Below, one piece after another: positions 27,754 to 36,688 of a stretch of 64,000 nt of DNA (position 1 is its first letter; each line of letters begins with the position of its first letter). Source of the DNA: Chloroflexota bacterium (lineage in GTDB: Bacteria; Chloroflexota; Anaerolineae; Aggregatilineales; UBA3940); the NCBI GenBank assembly GCA_010092885.1, contig JAADYX010000127.1, forward strand, positions 2,369 to 66,368, in the 5' to 3' direction. Under the pieces are notes generated by a model. That model searched no databases and was not told the DNA's origin. It saw only the letters and a list, made by a program, of their open reading frames with translations. Both the position numbers and the translations under genes were made by a program.

Positions 27754-28962
27754 ATGATGGAAGAACTCCTGGAGATCACCTTACAGCTTGCCGAAACGCG
27801 TGAGATCGATGCACTCCTTGATAAGGCCGTAATGACGGCTTTGGAAGTATTTGATGCCGAGCGCGGGTACGTGATCCTGCTGGAAGACGGCGACATGGAC
27901 TTCCGTGTGCATCGCCACCAAGATGGCTCGCCTATCCCTGAGCCCGAATTGCAGATCAGCCGTACGCTTGTCCAACGGGTCATTGACAAAGGCGAGGGTC
28001 TGGTGGTCGCTGATGCCCAAGAGCATCCCGACCTGAAAAAGGCGAATAGTGTTTCCACCCTCAACATCCGCTCAGTGATCTGTGTGCCGCTGCGCACCCG
28101 CTACCATCTGCACGGTGTCATCTACCTTGAGAGCCGCTCAACCGCATCCGTATTTTATGATGAGGACATCCCACCTCTGCAGATGTTCGCCAATCACGCT
28201 GCTGTCGCTATCGAGAACGCGCTGCTCAACGCTGAGTTGGAAAAGCAGGTCACTGCACGGACAAAGGGGCTTTCCTATGCGAACGAGCGCCTCGCCCAGA
28301 TTATTGACGAACTGGATGCGTTCGCTGAAACAGTTGCCCATGATCTCAAACGTCCGCTGGGGGTGCTCTATGGCTACGCCAATCTGCTGCTCGATGCCCA
28401 ACTCACTGAAGAGGAGCGGTATGATTTTGCCAACAAGATCGTCGTGACCGCCGAACGCATGGAGGATATCATCAATTCCCTGCTGATGTTGGCCAGCAGC
28501 CACGCCGATGTGGAGATTCTGCCCGTAAACATGGCTATGTGTGTTGATGTAGCCCTTTCGGAATTGGAACCACTGATCCTAAACCGCGGTGCACATATCA
28601 CCCAACCTGACGCATGGCCCCGCGTTCTGGGCTACGGGCAGTGGGTCACGGCGGTTTGGGCCAATTACATCAGCAATGCCATCAAGTATGGGGGCGAGCC
28701 GCCTCGCATCGAGCTCGGCGCGACCGCTGCAAACGATGATATGGTGCAGTTCTGGGTAAGTGACAACGGCATCGGTCTGACCCCCGAACAGCAGACTCAG
28801 CTTTTTACCCCTTTTGTTCGTCTGGACCACACCAACTCTGATGGCCATGGGCTTGGTCTGTCAATCGTGCGGCGTATTGTAGAGCGGCTGGGTGGCAAAG
28901 TAGGTGTCACCAGCCAGCCCGGCGAAGGCAGTGTCTTCAGCTTCACACTTCCGCGTGCTTAA
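27754..28962 (+). CDS. GAF-domain sensor histidine kinase (cytoplasmic)
   Basis: Start moved to ATG 27754; a TATAAT lies at 27709-27714. GAF region precedes H-box VAHDLKRPLGV, NAIKYGG, DNGIGL, GHGLGLSIV. Confidence 0.85.
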   Translation: MMEELLEITLQLAETREIDALLDKAVMTALEVFDAERGYVILLEDGDMDFRVHRHQDGSPIPEPELQISRTLVQRVIDKGEGLVVADAQEHPDLKKANSVSTLNIRSVICVPLRTRYHLHGVIYLESRSTASVFYDEDIPPLQMFANHAAVAIENALLNAELEKQVTARTKGLSYANERLAQIIDELDAFAETVAHDLKRPLGVLYGYANLLLDAQLTEEERYDFANKIVVTAERMEDIINSLLMLASSHADVEILPVNMAMCVDVALSELEPLILNRGAHITQPDAWPRVLGYGQWVTAVWANYISNAIKYGGEPPRIELGATAANDDMVQFWVSDNGIGLTPEQQTQLFTPFVRLDHTNSDGHGLGLSIVRRIVERLGGKVGVTSQPGEGSVFSFTLPRA

Positions 28963-31880
28963 GGCAGGTCAAAAACCGCCTTGCTGTCGATCGGTGTTCC
29001 GGTTTCATCCAAAACCGGCAGGCGAGCATTTGTGCTCAAAAGGTACCATGCCACATGGAGCTGATAGGGTCCCTCAGGCGCACCCGATTGCAGACGCACA
29101 ACGTGCCGGTCAACTACGGTTTCGCCAACCGGCCAAGCGCTGGTAGGATAAGTCCCCTGGACAGGCCACGCATCCGACTGGCCGTACAATCGCCCATCAG
29201 GACCGATGAGCTGCACCGACACTGTATAATCCGCGTCAAGGTTACTGAGAGCTTCCCACGTCAACGTGACTGGCAGCTCGCCCCCTGGCTGAAGCTCTCC
29301 CTCTGGGAAGTCAACCGCCTGTAGGGCAATCGCATTGTCGTAGTTTGCCAGGCCACCGGTGAACACATCTGTTTCACCGAGCAGGCACCCGCTGCTAAAG
29401 GGACGCAACCAACCGCAGCGCATTGGGGTTCCGGTCAGCAGCCAGCGCACGGTGTTTTCATCGGGCTGGTCAGTAATCACCCGCACCCGCACGCCCGGTT
29501 CGGAAAACCCAACCGGCACATCAACATCCAGTATGGTGTTTAACCGGCCGCCAGCCGTAAAGTCGCCGGTCTGGTCACGCCAGTTCAGCTGAATATCCGT
29601 TGAACCCCGCACGGCCAGCGACTCCGGCAGATCCACTGCCAGCACGGCACCCCGCGCAAAACTGATCGCGGTACGCTCCCCGACCAGCGGCACCCGGGCC
29701 CGAGCATTGCTCAGCGTAAAGATCCCCTGACCCAGCACAACTCTGCTTTCCAGACCATTGTCAAGGCGCATCGGCTGCTCAGCGAAGGGGGCTCGCACGC
29801 TTACCGCCACAAACAGATCCGATGTACCAGCGGAATAGGGCACTGTCAGCTCGTGATAGTCAGGCACGATCTCTCCAGGCTGCCACGCTGGCAGCGGATA
29901 CCGGCCCGCCACAGGCGTGGACGGCTGAGATCGCCAGGAGACGGTTCCCCGCGAGTTGATCAGGCTGACGCTGACCTGCACATCCTCAGCGAGAGGTTCG
30001 TCTACCTGCCAGTACAACGTCAGATGAACCCGCTCCCCGACTCCAGCCGTTTCTGGACCCAGATCGTAGCCCAGCAAAGTCAGGCCATTTTCCCACCGGC
30101 GCGGCTCAAAAAAGGGAGTCGTTGGTTCAGCCGTTGTAAGGGGCTCCGGGCTGACAAGCACCAGGGGCCCCACCGATCGCAGATTGTAGGTGCCTTCCAG
30201 CCCCGGCAGGAAGCGTGCTAGATAAACCGTCCGGCCTTCTGCCAAGCTGGTCGCCAGGTAGTCACGATACTGCTGCTCAGTGCCGAGCACCACCATATCG
30301 ATATCTTCACGTAGGCCCTCGATCCGCCGAAGGTACTCCAACGGTGCGATTTTCTCGCTGTCTGCCAGAATGACGGCATTCTCATCCAGCGGCAGGCTGA
30401 GTACATAGCGCCCCCATGCCTCCAATGCACGCTCATCGGACCAGTCAAACGCAGAGCCTACCTGCCAGATCGACGCGAGCGGTATCAGCGCGAACAGGGC
30501 AATTACCACGGGCCGCACTGCGTCGACAGGCAGCCAGTCGTAGACGGTATGCACCGCATAGGTTAGCCAAATCGCTGCGATGACATACGCCGGTATGATA
30601 AATACACTGATATCCGGAACGAGATAATTCAGCCCAAAGAAGATCGTTCCCACGAAAGCCAGGCCTGTGACCAGCGCGGCCTGCCACCGCTGCCAGATCA
30701 GCAGGCCCAATCCAACCGCGGCACCTATGAGCCCCACCAGCCCGTACTGCTCAGCCAAAAGCCGCCCAATGATCGTCCAGCGTTCGCCATCCGTAAGCCA
30801 CGCCTGCAGCTGCAATGCACCACCGAAACGGCTGCCTGTCACCCAGGCGATGAACTCAGTGAAAGGCATTGCGGCGCCATCATGCAAGGCAGGCCACCGC
30901 AGCGGGATATACAGGTAGATCAGCAGGCTCGCTGCGAGCAGCCCGACAGAAAGCACCCACTGCCGCGCATCCAGCCGGGGACGCGCCACGATCAATGCCG
31001 CTGCCGCCGCAGGCACAAGGAGCACTGTTGTCAGATGGTTGGTCAGACTCAACCCGATCAGCAGGAAGAGAACCGGCACCAACCGGTGATGCTGCTCCGG
31101 TTCGTCAAGGATGCGCAGCGCTACCCACAAGATGGCCACGGCGAAAGCCGTATGCAGCGCGTAGACTTCCGCGACAACGGCCTGCCCCCAAAGTACGGGT
31201 GCGAAAGCCGCACTCAGTGCACCCAATGCGCCCACAGCCCAATGGACACGCAGGGTTTGTGTCAACAGCAGGTAGATCAGGACAACAGCCACAACCGCAG
31301 CCACTGCGGATGTAAGGTTCACACGTGCTGCGATTGTGCCCACCGGCAGCCGGCTGAATATGCCGCCCAGCAGTGTGTACAACGGATACCCCGTCGGATG
31401 GGCCACACCCAATACCGGAGCCGTCACCTGGAATTCAAATGTGTCTGCCCGGCCAACCGTTCGCTGAAGCGTAAGCAGATAGGCGGCACCAGCCGTCGTT
31501 CCAACGCCGGCTGCCACCCAACGCACCAGATCCTCACCGATCCCCAGCAGCAGGCCACTTAGGATCAGAGTGCCTGCCAGCAGCACACCACCACGCAGGG
31601 GATCAACCAGCATCGGTGGCGTGAGTACATACAACCACAGCAGCCCCAGCGGAGCTAGTGCCGTATTTTCAATATTTGGGATATCATCGCCGCGTGTGCT
31701 CGCCCACAGTGTGAGCGCCATCAGCACCCACCCTGCCGCACCGAAAAGCACAACAACCGGAGGCGCTGCCAACCCCCCGAAGGAAAGCGGGTCGATCTCA
31801 TAGAGCAGGCGCGCCAAGGACAATGCCAGTGGTGTGCCCGTCAGAAATCCCCAGCCGGCTGGTGCTGCCAAATCGTTCAT
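28959..31880 (-). CDS. DUF2723 / TMEM260-like GT-C membrane protein with two C-terminal beta-rich modules
   Basis: ATG 31880 lies 1 nt after the PBP2 stop (alternative start 31928). Core is DTFEFQVTAPVLGVAHPTGYPLYTLLG....NLTSAV....EVYALHTAF with about 13 TM helices. The C-terminal roughly 370 aa are soluble. Confidence 0.75.
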   Translation of the reverse strand: MNDLAAPAGWGFLTGTPLALSLARLLYEIDPLSFGGLAAPPVVVLFGAAGWVLMALTLWASTRGDDIPNIENTALAPLGLLWLYVLTPPMLVDPLRGGVLLAGTLILSGLLLGIGEDLVRWVAAGVGTTAGAAYLLTLQRTVGRADTFEFQVTAPVLGVAHPTGYPLYTLLGGIFSRLPVGTIAARVNLTSAVAAVVAVVLIYLLLTQTLRVHWAVGALGALSAAFAPVLWGQAVVAEVYALHTAFAVAILWVALRILDEPEQHHRLVPVLFLLIGLSLTNHLTTVLLVPAAAAALIVARPRLDARQWVLSVGLLAASLLIYLYIPLRWPALHDGAAMPFTEFIAWVTGSRFGGALQLQAWLTDGERWTIIGRLLAEQYGLVGLIGAAVGLGLLIWQRWQAALVTGLAFVGTIFFGLNYLVPDISVFIIPAYVIAAIWLTYAVHTVYDWLPVDAVRPVVIALFALIPLASIWQVGSAFDWSDERALEAWGRYVLSLPLDENAVILADSEKIAPLEYLRRIEGLREDIDMVVLGTEQQYRDYLATSLAEGRTVYLARFLPGLEGTYNLRSVGPLVLVSPEPLTTAEPTTPFFEPRRWENGLTLLGYDLGPETAGVGERVHLTLYWQVDEPLAEDVQVSVSLINSRGTVSWRSQPSTPVAGRYPLPAWQPGEIVPDYHELTVPYSAGTSDLFVAVSVRAPFAEQPMRLDNGLESRVVLGQGIFTLSNARARVPLVGERTAISFARGAVLAVDLPESLAVRGSTDIQLNWRDQTGDFTAGGRLNTILDVDVPVGFSEPGVRVRVITDQPDENTVRWLLTGTPMRCGWLRPFSSGCLLGETDVFTGGLANYDNAIALQAVDFPEGELQPGGELPVTLTWEALSNLDADYTVSVQLIGPDGRLYGQSDAWPVQGTYPTSAWPVGETVVDRHVVRLQSGAPEGPYQLHVAWYLLSTNARLPVLDETGTPIDSKAVFDLP

Positions 31881-31881
31881 G

Positions 31882-33957
31882 TCAGGGCTGGCCGGATGCT
31901 GTCTGCTGATCCTGAAGGGCCCGTTCAAGCTTCAAGCGGAAGTACTCCACCATCACATCCGTAGCGACAGGCAGCGCTCTACCAGACCCTTCCTGCCCAT
32001 TATAGAGGAATGCAATCACGGAGATCTCCGGATTATCATAGGGTGCATAGCCCATATACCACGCGTGCGCCGGCCAACTGCCAGGGATGCAGCGTTCCAG
32101 GTTGGCCGCGATGTTGTCACAGTATTCGGCGGTCCCTGTCTTGCCTGCCGTCGCGACCACCATGCCCATCGCTTGTCCGGCTTCATCGAAGATCTCCTGT
32201 GAGGGCAGTGCAGTACCGTCCTGGCGAAGCCCTTCATCATCTAGCGTAACGGCAGCCCGCATACCCTGTTGGACCAGGCGAATCGTCTCTAAGGAGGCAG
32301 GCAGCTGCCCGACGATATCCGGTTCAAAACCACCCCGAACGACACCTTCTGAGTCGGTCCACTCATAAACCAGAGTTGGGCGTACAACCGCTCCATCGTT
32401 GATGACGATGTTCATCGCATGCAGCATCTGCAGTGGTGTTGTGGTCACATATCCCTGCCCAAAGGAAGCATTGTATGTATCACCCGTCGACCATGACTCG
32501 CCCCACACACGGCGCTTCCATGTTGGGTCAGGGACAACGGCTATCTGCCCAATTGTCTGGTCACCCGGCAGTTCCAGTCCGGTTGCCTCACCGAGACCAA
32601 AGTGCTCCATCCACGTCTTTAAGCCGGTAATGCCGATGCCCCGGTCGAGTTCGTCCTCAAAGCCGCCGCCCACCTTGTAATAGTACACATCGCAGGAGTA
32701 CGCCAGCGACTCGATCAGGTTGACAAACCCATGTCCCCCCTCTTCGTCGTTCAACCAGCAGACAAAGGTCTGGCTTTGCCCCGGATCATTGGGATAGTAG
32801 CGGTTCTCAAGCTGGATCTCGCCCGGGTCGAAGAAGGCGTCTTCCGGTTCAACTATCCCTTCCTCAAGTGCTGCAGTCGCCGTGATGATCTTGAAGACCG
32901 ACCCAGGCGGATACAGTGATCCAACAGCCTGGTTGAACAACGGCTGTTCGGGATCCTGTGATACGCGCAGATAGTAAGGGTAGTCAATTGTCCGTGCGAA
33001 CCGCTGATTGTTGAAGGTGGGCCAACTCACCAAAGCCAGCACCTCGCCGGTGTTCGGCACGGTGGCGATCACAACACCCCGATCAAAGCCGATCTCATCG
33101 TCCGGATACTCGTCGCGCAGCGCCTCTAGCTCCTCGATCAGCCGCTCTTGAGCGTACTGTTGGAGTTCTACATCAATGGTGAGGCGCAGATTCAAGCCCG
33201 GTTCCGGCTCGACCGTCTCGCCCACTGTCCGGATGATCTGCCCGGCCACGTCGCGCTCAACCAACCGCAGACCCGGGGATCCGGCTAGCTGCTCATTGAA
33301 GACAAACTCAATGCCATCGTACCCAATGCGGTCACGATCCAATACGTAGCCCTGAGCCTCGTACTCATCCGCCACACTCTGCGGGATAGGCCCCATATAT
33401 CCGATGATGTGCGCGCTGAGTGCGCCGGTTGGGTAGGAGCGGGCCGACTGCCATTCTACATCCACACCGGGCAGGTCTTCGGCGATGATCAACCGTGCGA
33501 TGTCATACGGCACATCTGAGCGGACTACTGCTGGTCGGTACGGCGCAATACCCTCGATCTCCCGCACGACACCCAGCACACTCCTCTCCGGGATGCCACG
33601 CTCGTCTACAGTGCCCGGGTCACCGCTCAGCGGGATGCCCAGCAGGCTGGCCACGCGACCCAATACTTCCAGCTCTTCTTCTTCGTCTTCCGGTAGGAGA
33701 GCAGGGGTCACCACAACGTTGGCGCTTGCCACGTTCGTCGCCAACGGGACGCCGTTGCGGTCCACGATAATCCCACGGGTGGCCGGTTCACTCACCTCCT
33801 CGAAGCGGTTTTCGTTCGCCTGAGAGATGAACTCGTCAGCTTGCAGAAACTGGATTTGGTAGATACGTGCCGCGAAGATCACCAGGATAAGCACGACGAC
33901 GAGCCGATAGATGCCCAGACGAACCGGGTTGTTTGGTGGGTTGTCATTGCGAAACAT
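31882..33957 (-). CDS. mrdA: penicillin-binding protein 2 (elongasome D,D-transpeptidase)
   Basis: N-terminal anchor, SxxK GSVFKI, KTG GKTGTA. Sits directly after mreD. Confidence 0.9.
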   Translation of the reverse strand: MFRNDNPPNNPVRLGIYRLVVVLILVIFAARIYQIQFLQADEFISQANENRFEEVSEPATRGIIVDRNGVPLATNVASANVVVTPALLPEDEEEELEVLGRVASLLGIPLSGDPGTVDERGIPERSVLGVVREIEGIAPYRPAVVRSDVPYDIARLIIAEDLPGVDVEWQSARSYPTGALSAHIIGYMGPIPQSVADEYEAQGYVLDRDRIGYDGIEFVFNEQLAGSPGLRLVERDVAGQIIRTVGETVEPEPGLNLRLTIDVELQQYAQERLIEELEALRDEYPDDEIGFDRGVVIATVPNTGEVLALVSWPTFNNQRFARTIDYPYYLRVSQDPEQPLFNQAVGSLYPPGSVFKIITATAALEEGIVEPEDAFFDPGEIQLENRYYPNDPGQSQTFVCWLNDEEGGHGFVNLIESLAYSCDVYYYKVGGGFEDELDRGIGITGLKTWMEHFGLGEATGLELPGDQTIGQIAVVPDPTWKRRVWGESWSTGDTYNASFGQGYVTTTPLQMLHAMNIVINDGAVVRPTLVYEWTDSEGVVRGGFEPDIVGQLPASLETIRLVQQGMRAAVTLDDEGLRQDGTALPSQEIFDEAGQAMGMVVATAGKTGTAEYCDNIAANLERCIPGSWPAHAWYMGYAPYDNPEISVIAFLYNGQEGSGRALPVATDVMVEYFRLKLERALQDQQTASGQP

Positions 33958-33964
33958 AGCACCG

Positions 33965-34471
33965 TCACCTCAAGCCGAGCACGCGCGGGTGCAGCCGATC
34001 ATAAGGCTTGACCAGCAGACGCAGCACCGGCAGGATCAGCAAAACGTCCAAAAGTATCGAGGGCAGTGTAACGAAAAGCAGCGCGCTTTCCCATTCGATA
34101 GGGAAACCCGCATAGAATCGCAGCAGCAGCAGCACCAGCAGATGGTAGCCTGCTGCCCCAACCGCCGTCAGCAGCAGCGGAGGGAGGACACTCTCCCGGA
34201 AGACCTTGGGTTCAGCCAGACTGACCACCAACGTGACCGGCACCAGGGCCAGGGCAGAAACCCCCAAGGGCACACCGGAAAAAATATCCAACAAGAAGCC
34301 GCCAACAAAGGCCCACACCACGCCCTCCTGTTCACGGTCCAGCATCGCCCAGGCGAAGACAACCAGCAGCACCAGATCCGGCTGCCCCCCTAAGAGCCGC
34401 ATCCGCGGCAGGATGGTCGATTGCAGCAGGACCGCGCCTATAAACAAGGGGATGCCCAATTGCAGGCTCAT
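33965..34471 (-). CDS. mreD: rod shape-determining protein MreD
   Basis: 168 aa, 5 hydrophobic helices, start adjacent to the mreC stop. Assignment is by position and architecture. Confidence 0.75.
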   Translation of the reverse strand: MSLQLGIPLFIGAVLLQSTILPRMRLLGGQPDLVLLVVFAWAMLDREQEGVVWAFVGGFLLDIFSGVPLGVSALALVPVTLVVSLAEPKVFRESVLPPLLLTAVGAAGYHLLVLLLLRFYAGFPIEWESALLFVTLPSILLDVLLILPVLRLLVKPYDRLHPRVLGLR

Positions 34472-35380
34472 TCAGGGTGCATCCTCTGCGCCCTCTTCCT
34501 CGAGCGCTTCATCGAAGATGGTTGTATCCACTGGTTGGAAGGACGTCACCACCGCCACGATCTCCAGCTGGTCAAAGTCCACCATAGGCCGGATCGCCGC
34601 CTGCTGGAAGAGCTCAGCCTCCTGCCGTTGGACGCTTTGCACCTCCCCGATCACCAGCCCGGCAGGCAGTGAGCCACCCAGCCCCGAGGTGATGACCGTA
34701 TCACCGACTTCAACTGTGAACTCCTGGGGAATGAAGTCCATGATCAGCCCACCACGGATCTGACCCAGCACGGTGCCTTCAGCCCGTGATTCCTGGACTA
34801 ACGCATTAAGGGCCGTGTCAGGGTCGATCACCAGACGGACCCATGCTGTGGTCGCCGAAACGCGCCCAACCACTCCGACAAACCCTGAGCCCTCAGCGCC
34901 GCCGATCACCGCATCACCCACCTGAATACCGTCGCGTGTGCCCCGATTGATGCCCACCCAGCGCAAATATCCGCTGGTATCCCGTGCGATGACATCCGCG
35001 CTGACCACCTCCAGATCGAGATTGTCGCTGTTATAGTTGGCAATGGCGCTGACTCGCTCATAAGCACGCTCGATTTCCTGCAAGCGAACCAGTTCCACTT
35101 GCAGATCAGCGATTGTGCGCTGCAAATCCAGGTTCTCCTCGAGCAGTGCATCGTAGTCCACCCCCGGTTCAGTCGACCCGGGCTCAACGGCGTTCGCCCC
35201 TGTGTTGAATAAACGAGCCAGCGGTGCGAGTGGCGCACTGACAGCGCTCACGACCGGGTTTAGCAGGCCCGACCGCTGGCCGATAAACAGTGCGGCCGCT
35301 GCGACGAGCACCAGTACACCCGCGGTGATCAGACGGTTGGTATTGCGATTGCGTCGGTTCATCTGCAAAGCCAGAGACAC
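34472..35380 (-). CDS. mreC: rod shape-determining protein MreC
   Basis: N-terminal anchor, coiled coil (LQRTIADLQVELVRLQE), beta-rich C-terminal domains. Start uncertain (GTG 35380 or ATG 35362). Confidence 0.85.
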   Translation of the reverse strand: MSLALQMNRRNRNTNRLITAGVLVLVAAAALFIGQRSGLLNPVVSAVSAPLAPLARLFNTGANAVEPGSTEPGVDYDALLEENLDLQRTIADLQVELVRLQEIERAYERVSAIANYNSDNLDLEVVSADVIARDTSGYLRWVGINRGTRDGIQVGDAVIGGAEGSGFVGVVGRVSATTAWVRLVIDPDTALNALVQESRAEGTVLGQIRGGLIMDFIPQEFTVEVGDTVITSGLGGSLPAGLVIGEVQSVQRQEAELFQQAAIRPMVDFDQLEIVAVVTSFQPVDTTIFDEALEEEGAEDAP

Positions 35381-35440
35381 TGTACTTGAGGGGAGATCGT
35401 ACAGAGAGGGCGCTCTGCTTTCAAGAAGTGAATGGTCCCA

Positions 35441-36508
35441 TTAGAAGTGGTGTGTGCTGCCGCGTTCCAACCCGACAAGCAGCTTGCGCAGGTTGTCGTA
35501 GTCTTCCAAAATGCGCCCGGCACCGCGAGCCACACAGGTGAGGGGGTCTTCTGCCACCCAGACCCGCATGTTGACCTCTTCGGAAACACGCTGTGCCAGT
35601 CCGCGCAGCATGGCGCCGCCGCCCGCCAGACAGATCCCAGTTTCCATCAGGTCGGCGATCAGCTCCGGTGGAGTGTCTTCCAGCGCATCTTTGATCGTAT
35701 CCACGATGATCTGGACCGAGGTGGAAAGAGCCTCACGCAGCTCAATTGAGGAAATATCCACCGCTTCCGGCAGGCCAGTGATCAGGCTGCGGCCACGCAT
35801 GGTGAGCGTGGTTTCCTCCGGCAGCGGGAAGGCTGAGCCGATTTCGATTTTGGCCTTTTCCGCCATGCGTTCCCCAATCAGCAGATTGTATTTGGCGCGC
35901 ATGTAGCCGATGATATCCTCGTCCATCTCATCGCCTGCTATGCGGATTGACCGGCTGAGCACAATACCACCCATCGAAAAGATGGCTACTTCCGTCGTCC
36001 CACCACCGATATCGACGATCATGCTGCCGCGGCTTTCTGTGATCGGCAGCCCCGCTCCGATAGCCGCCGCCATTGGCTCCTCAATTAGAAAAGCCTCTCG
36101 TGCACCTGCCGACATGGCTGCATCGTAAACCGCACGTTTCTCGACTTCGGTCACACCGCTCGGGATGCCAACCACAACTCGAGGGCGCGGCATTGGCACC
36201 AGCGACTGTTCGTGCGCTTTCTCTATAAAGTGATTGAGCATCTCCTGTGTGTATTCGAACTCGGAGATCACACCATCACGCAGTGGGCGGATCGCGATGA
36301 CATTGGCAGGTGTTCGCCCGGAGAGCTTCTTTGCCTCAGCACCAATAGCCAACGCGCGCCGGGTACGCTTTTCGATGGCAACCCAGGACGGCTCATTGAT
36401 CACGATGCCCTTCCCCCGGACGTTAACCAGGGTGTTGGCTGTGCCAAGATCAATGCCAATATCCAATGAGAACAGGCCGAGCAGCCAGTTCAATGGAGAG
36501 AAAAACAC
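35441..36508 (-). CDS. mreB: rod shape-determining protein MreB
   Basis: DIGIDLGTANTLV, DIGGGTTEVA. Start moved to GTG 36508 (AGGAG 10 nt upstream); the ORF-track start adds 15 non-conserved residues. Confidence 0.93.
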   Translation of the reverse strand: MFFSPLNWLLGLFSLDIGIDLGTANTLVNVRGKGIVINEPSWVAIEKRTRRALAIGAEAKKLSGRTPANVIAIRPLRDGVISEFEYTQEMLNHFIEKAHEQSLVPMPRPRVVVGIPSGVTEVEKRAVYDAAMSAGAREAFLIEEPMAAAIGAGLPITESRGSMIVDIGGGTTEVAIFSMGGIVLSRSIRIAGDEMDEDIIGYMRAKYNLLIGERMAEKAKIEIGSAFPLPEETTLTMRGRSLITGLPEAVDISSIELREALSTSVQIIVDTIKDALEDTPPELIADLMETGICLAGGGAMLRGLAQRVSEEVNMRVWVAEDPLTCVARGAGRILEDYDNLRKLLVGLERGSTHHF

Positions 36509-36688
36509 AGAGAGACAACTCCTCGTCTGTGCAGCCCACGCGCGTATCTGCACAAATGTACATAAAGCTCAGGCAGGCTTGTGGCGACAAGCCTGCTGCG
36601 GAATTATAACACCCGCTAAAGGCGGGCTGCAATCAGTACGGTATACTGGTCGCAGTGCACAATTAGCTGATGGTAGAGGAGACGATCC

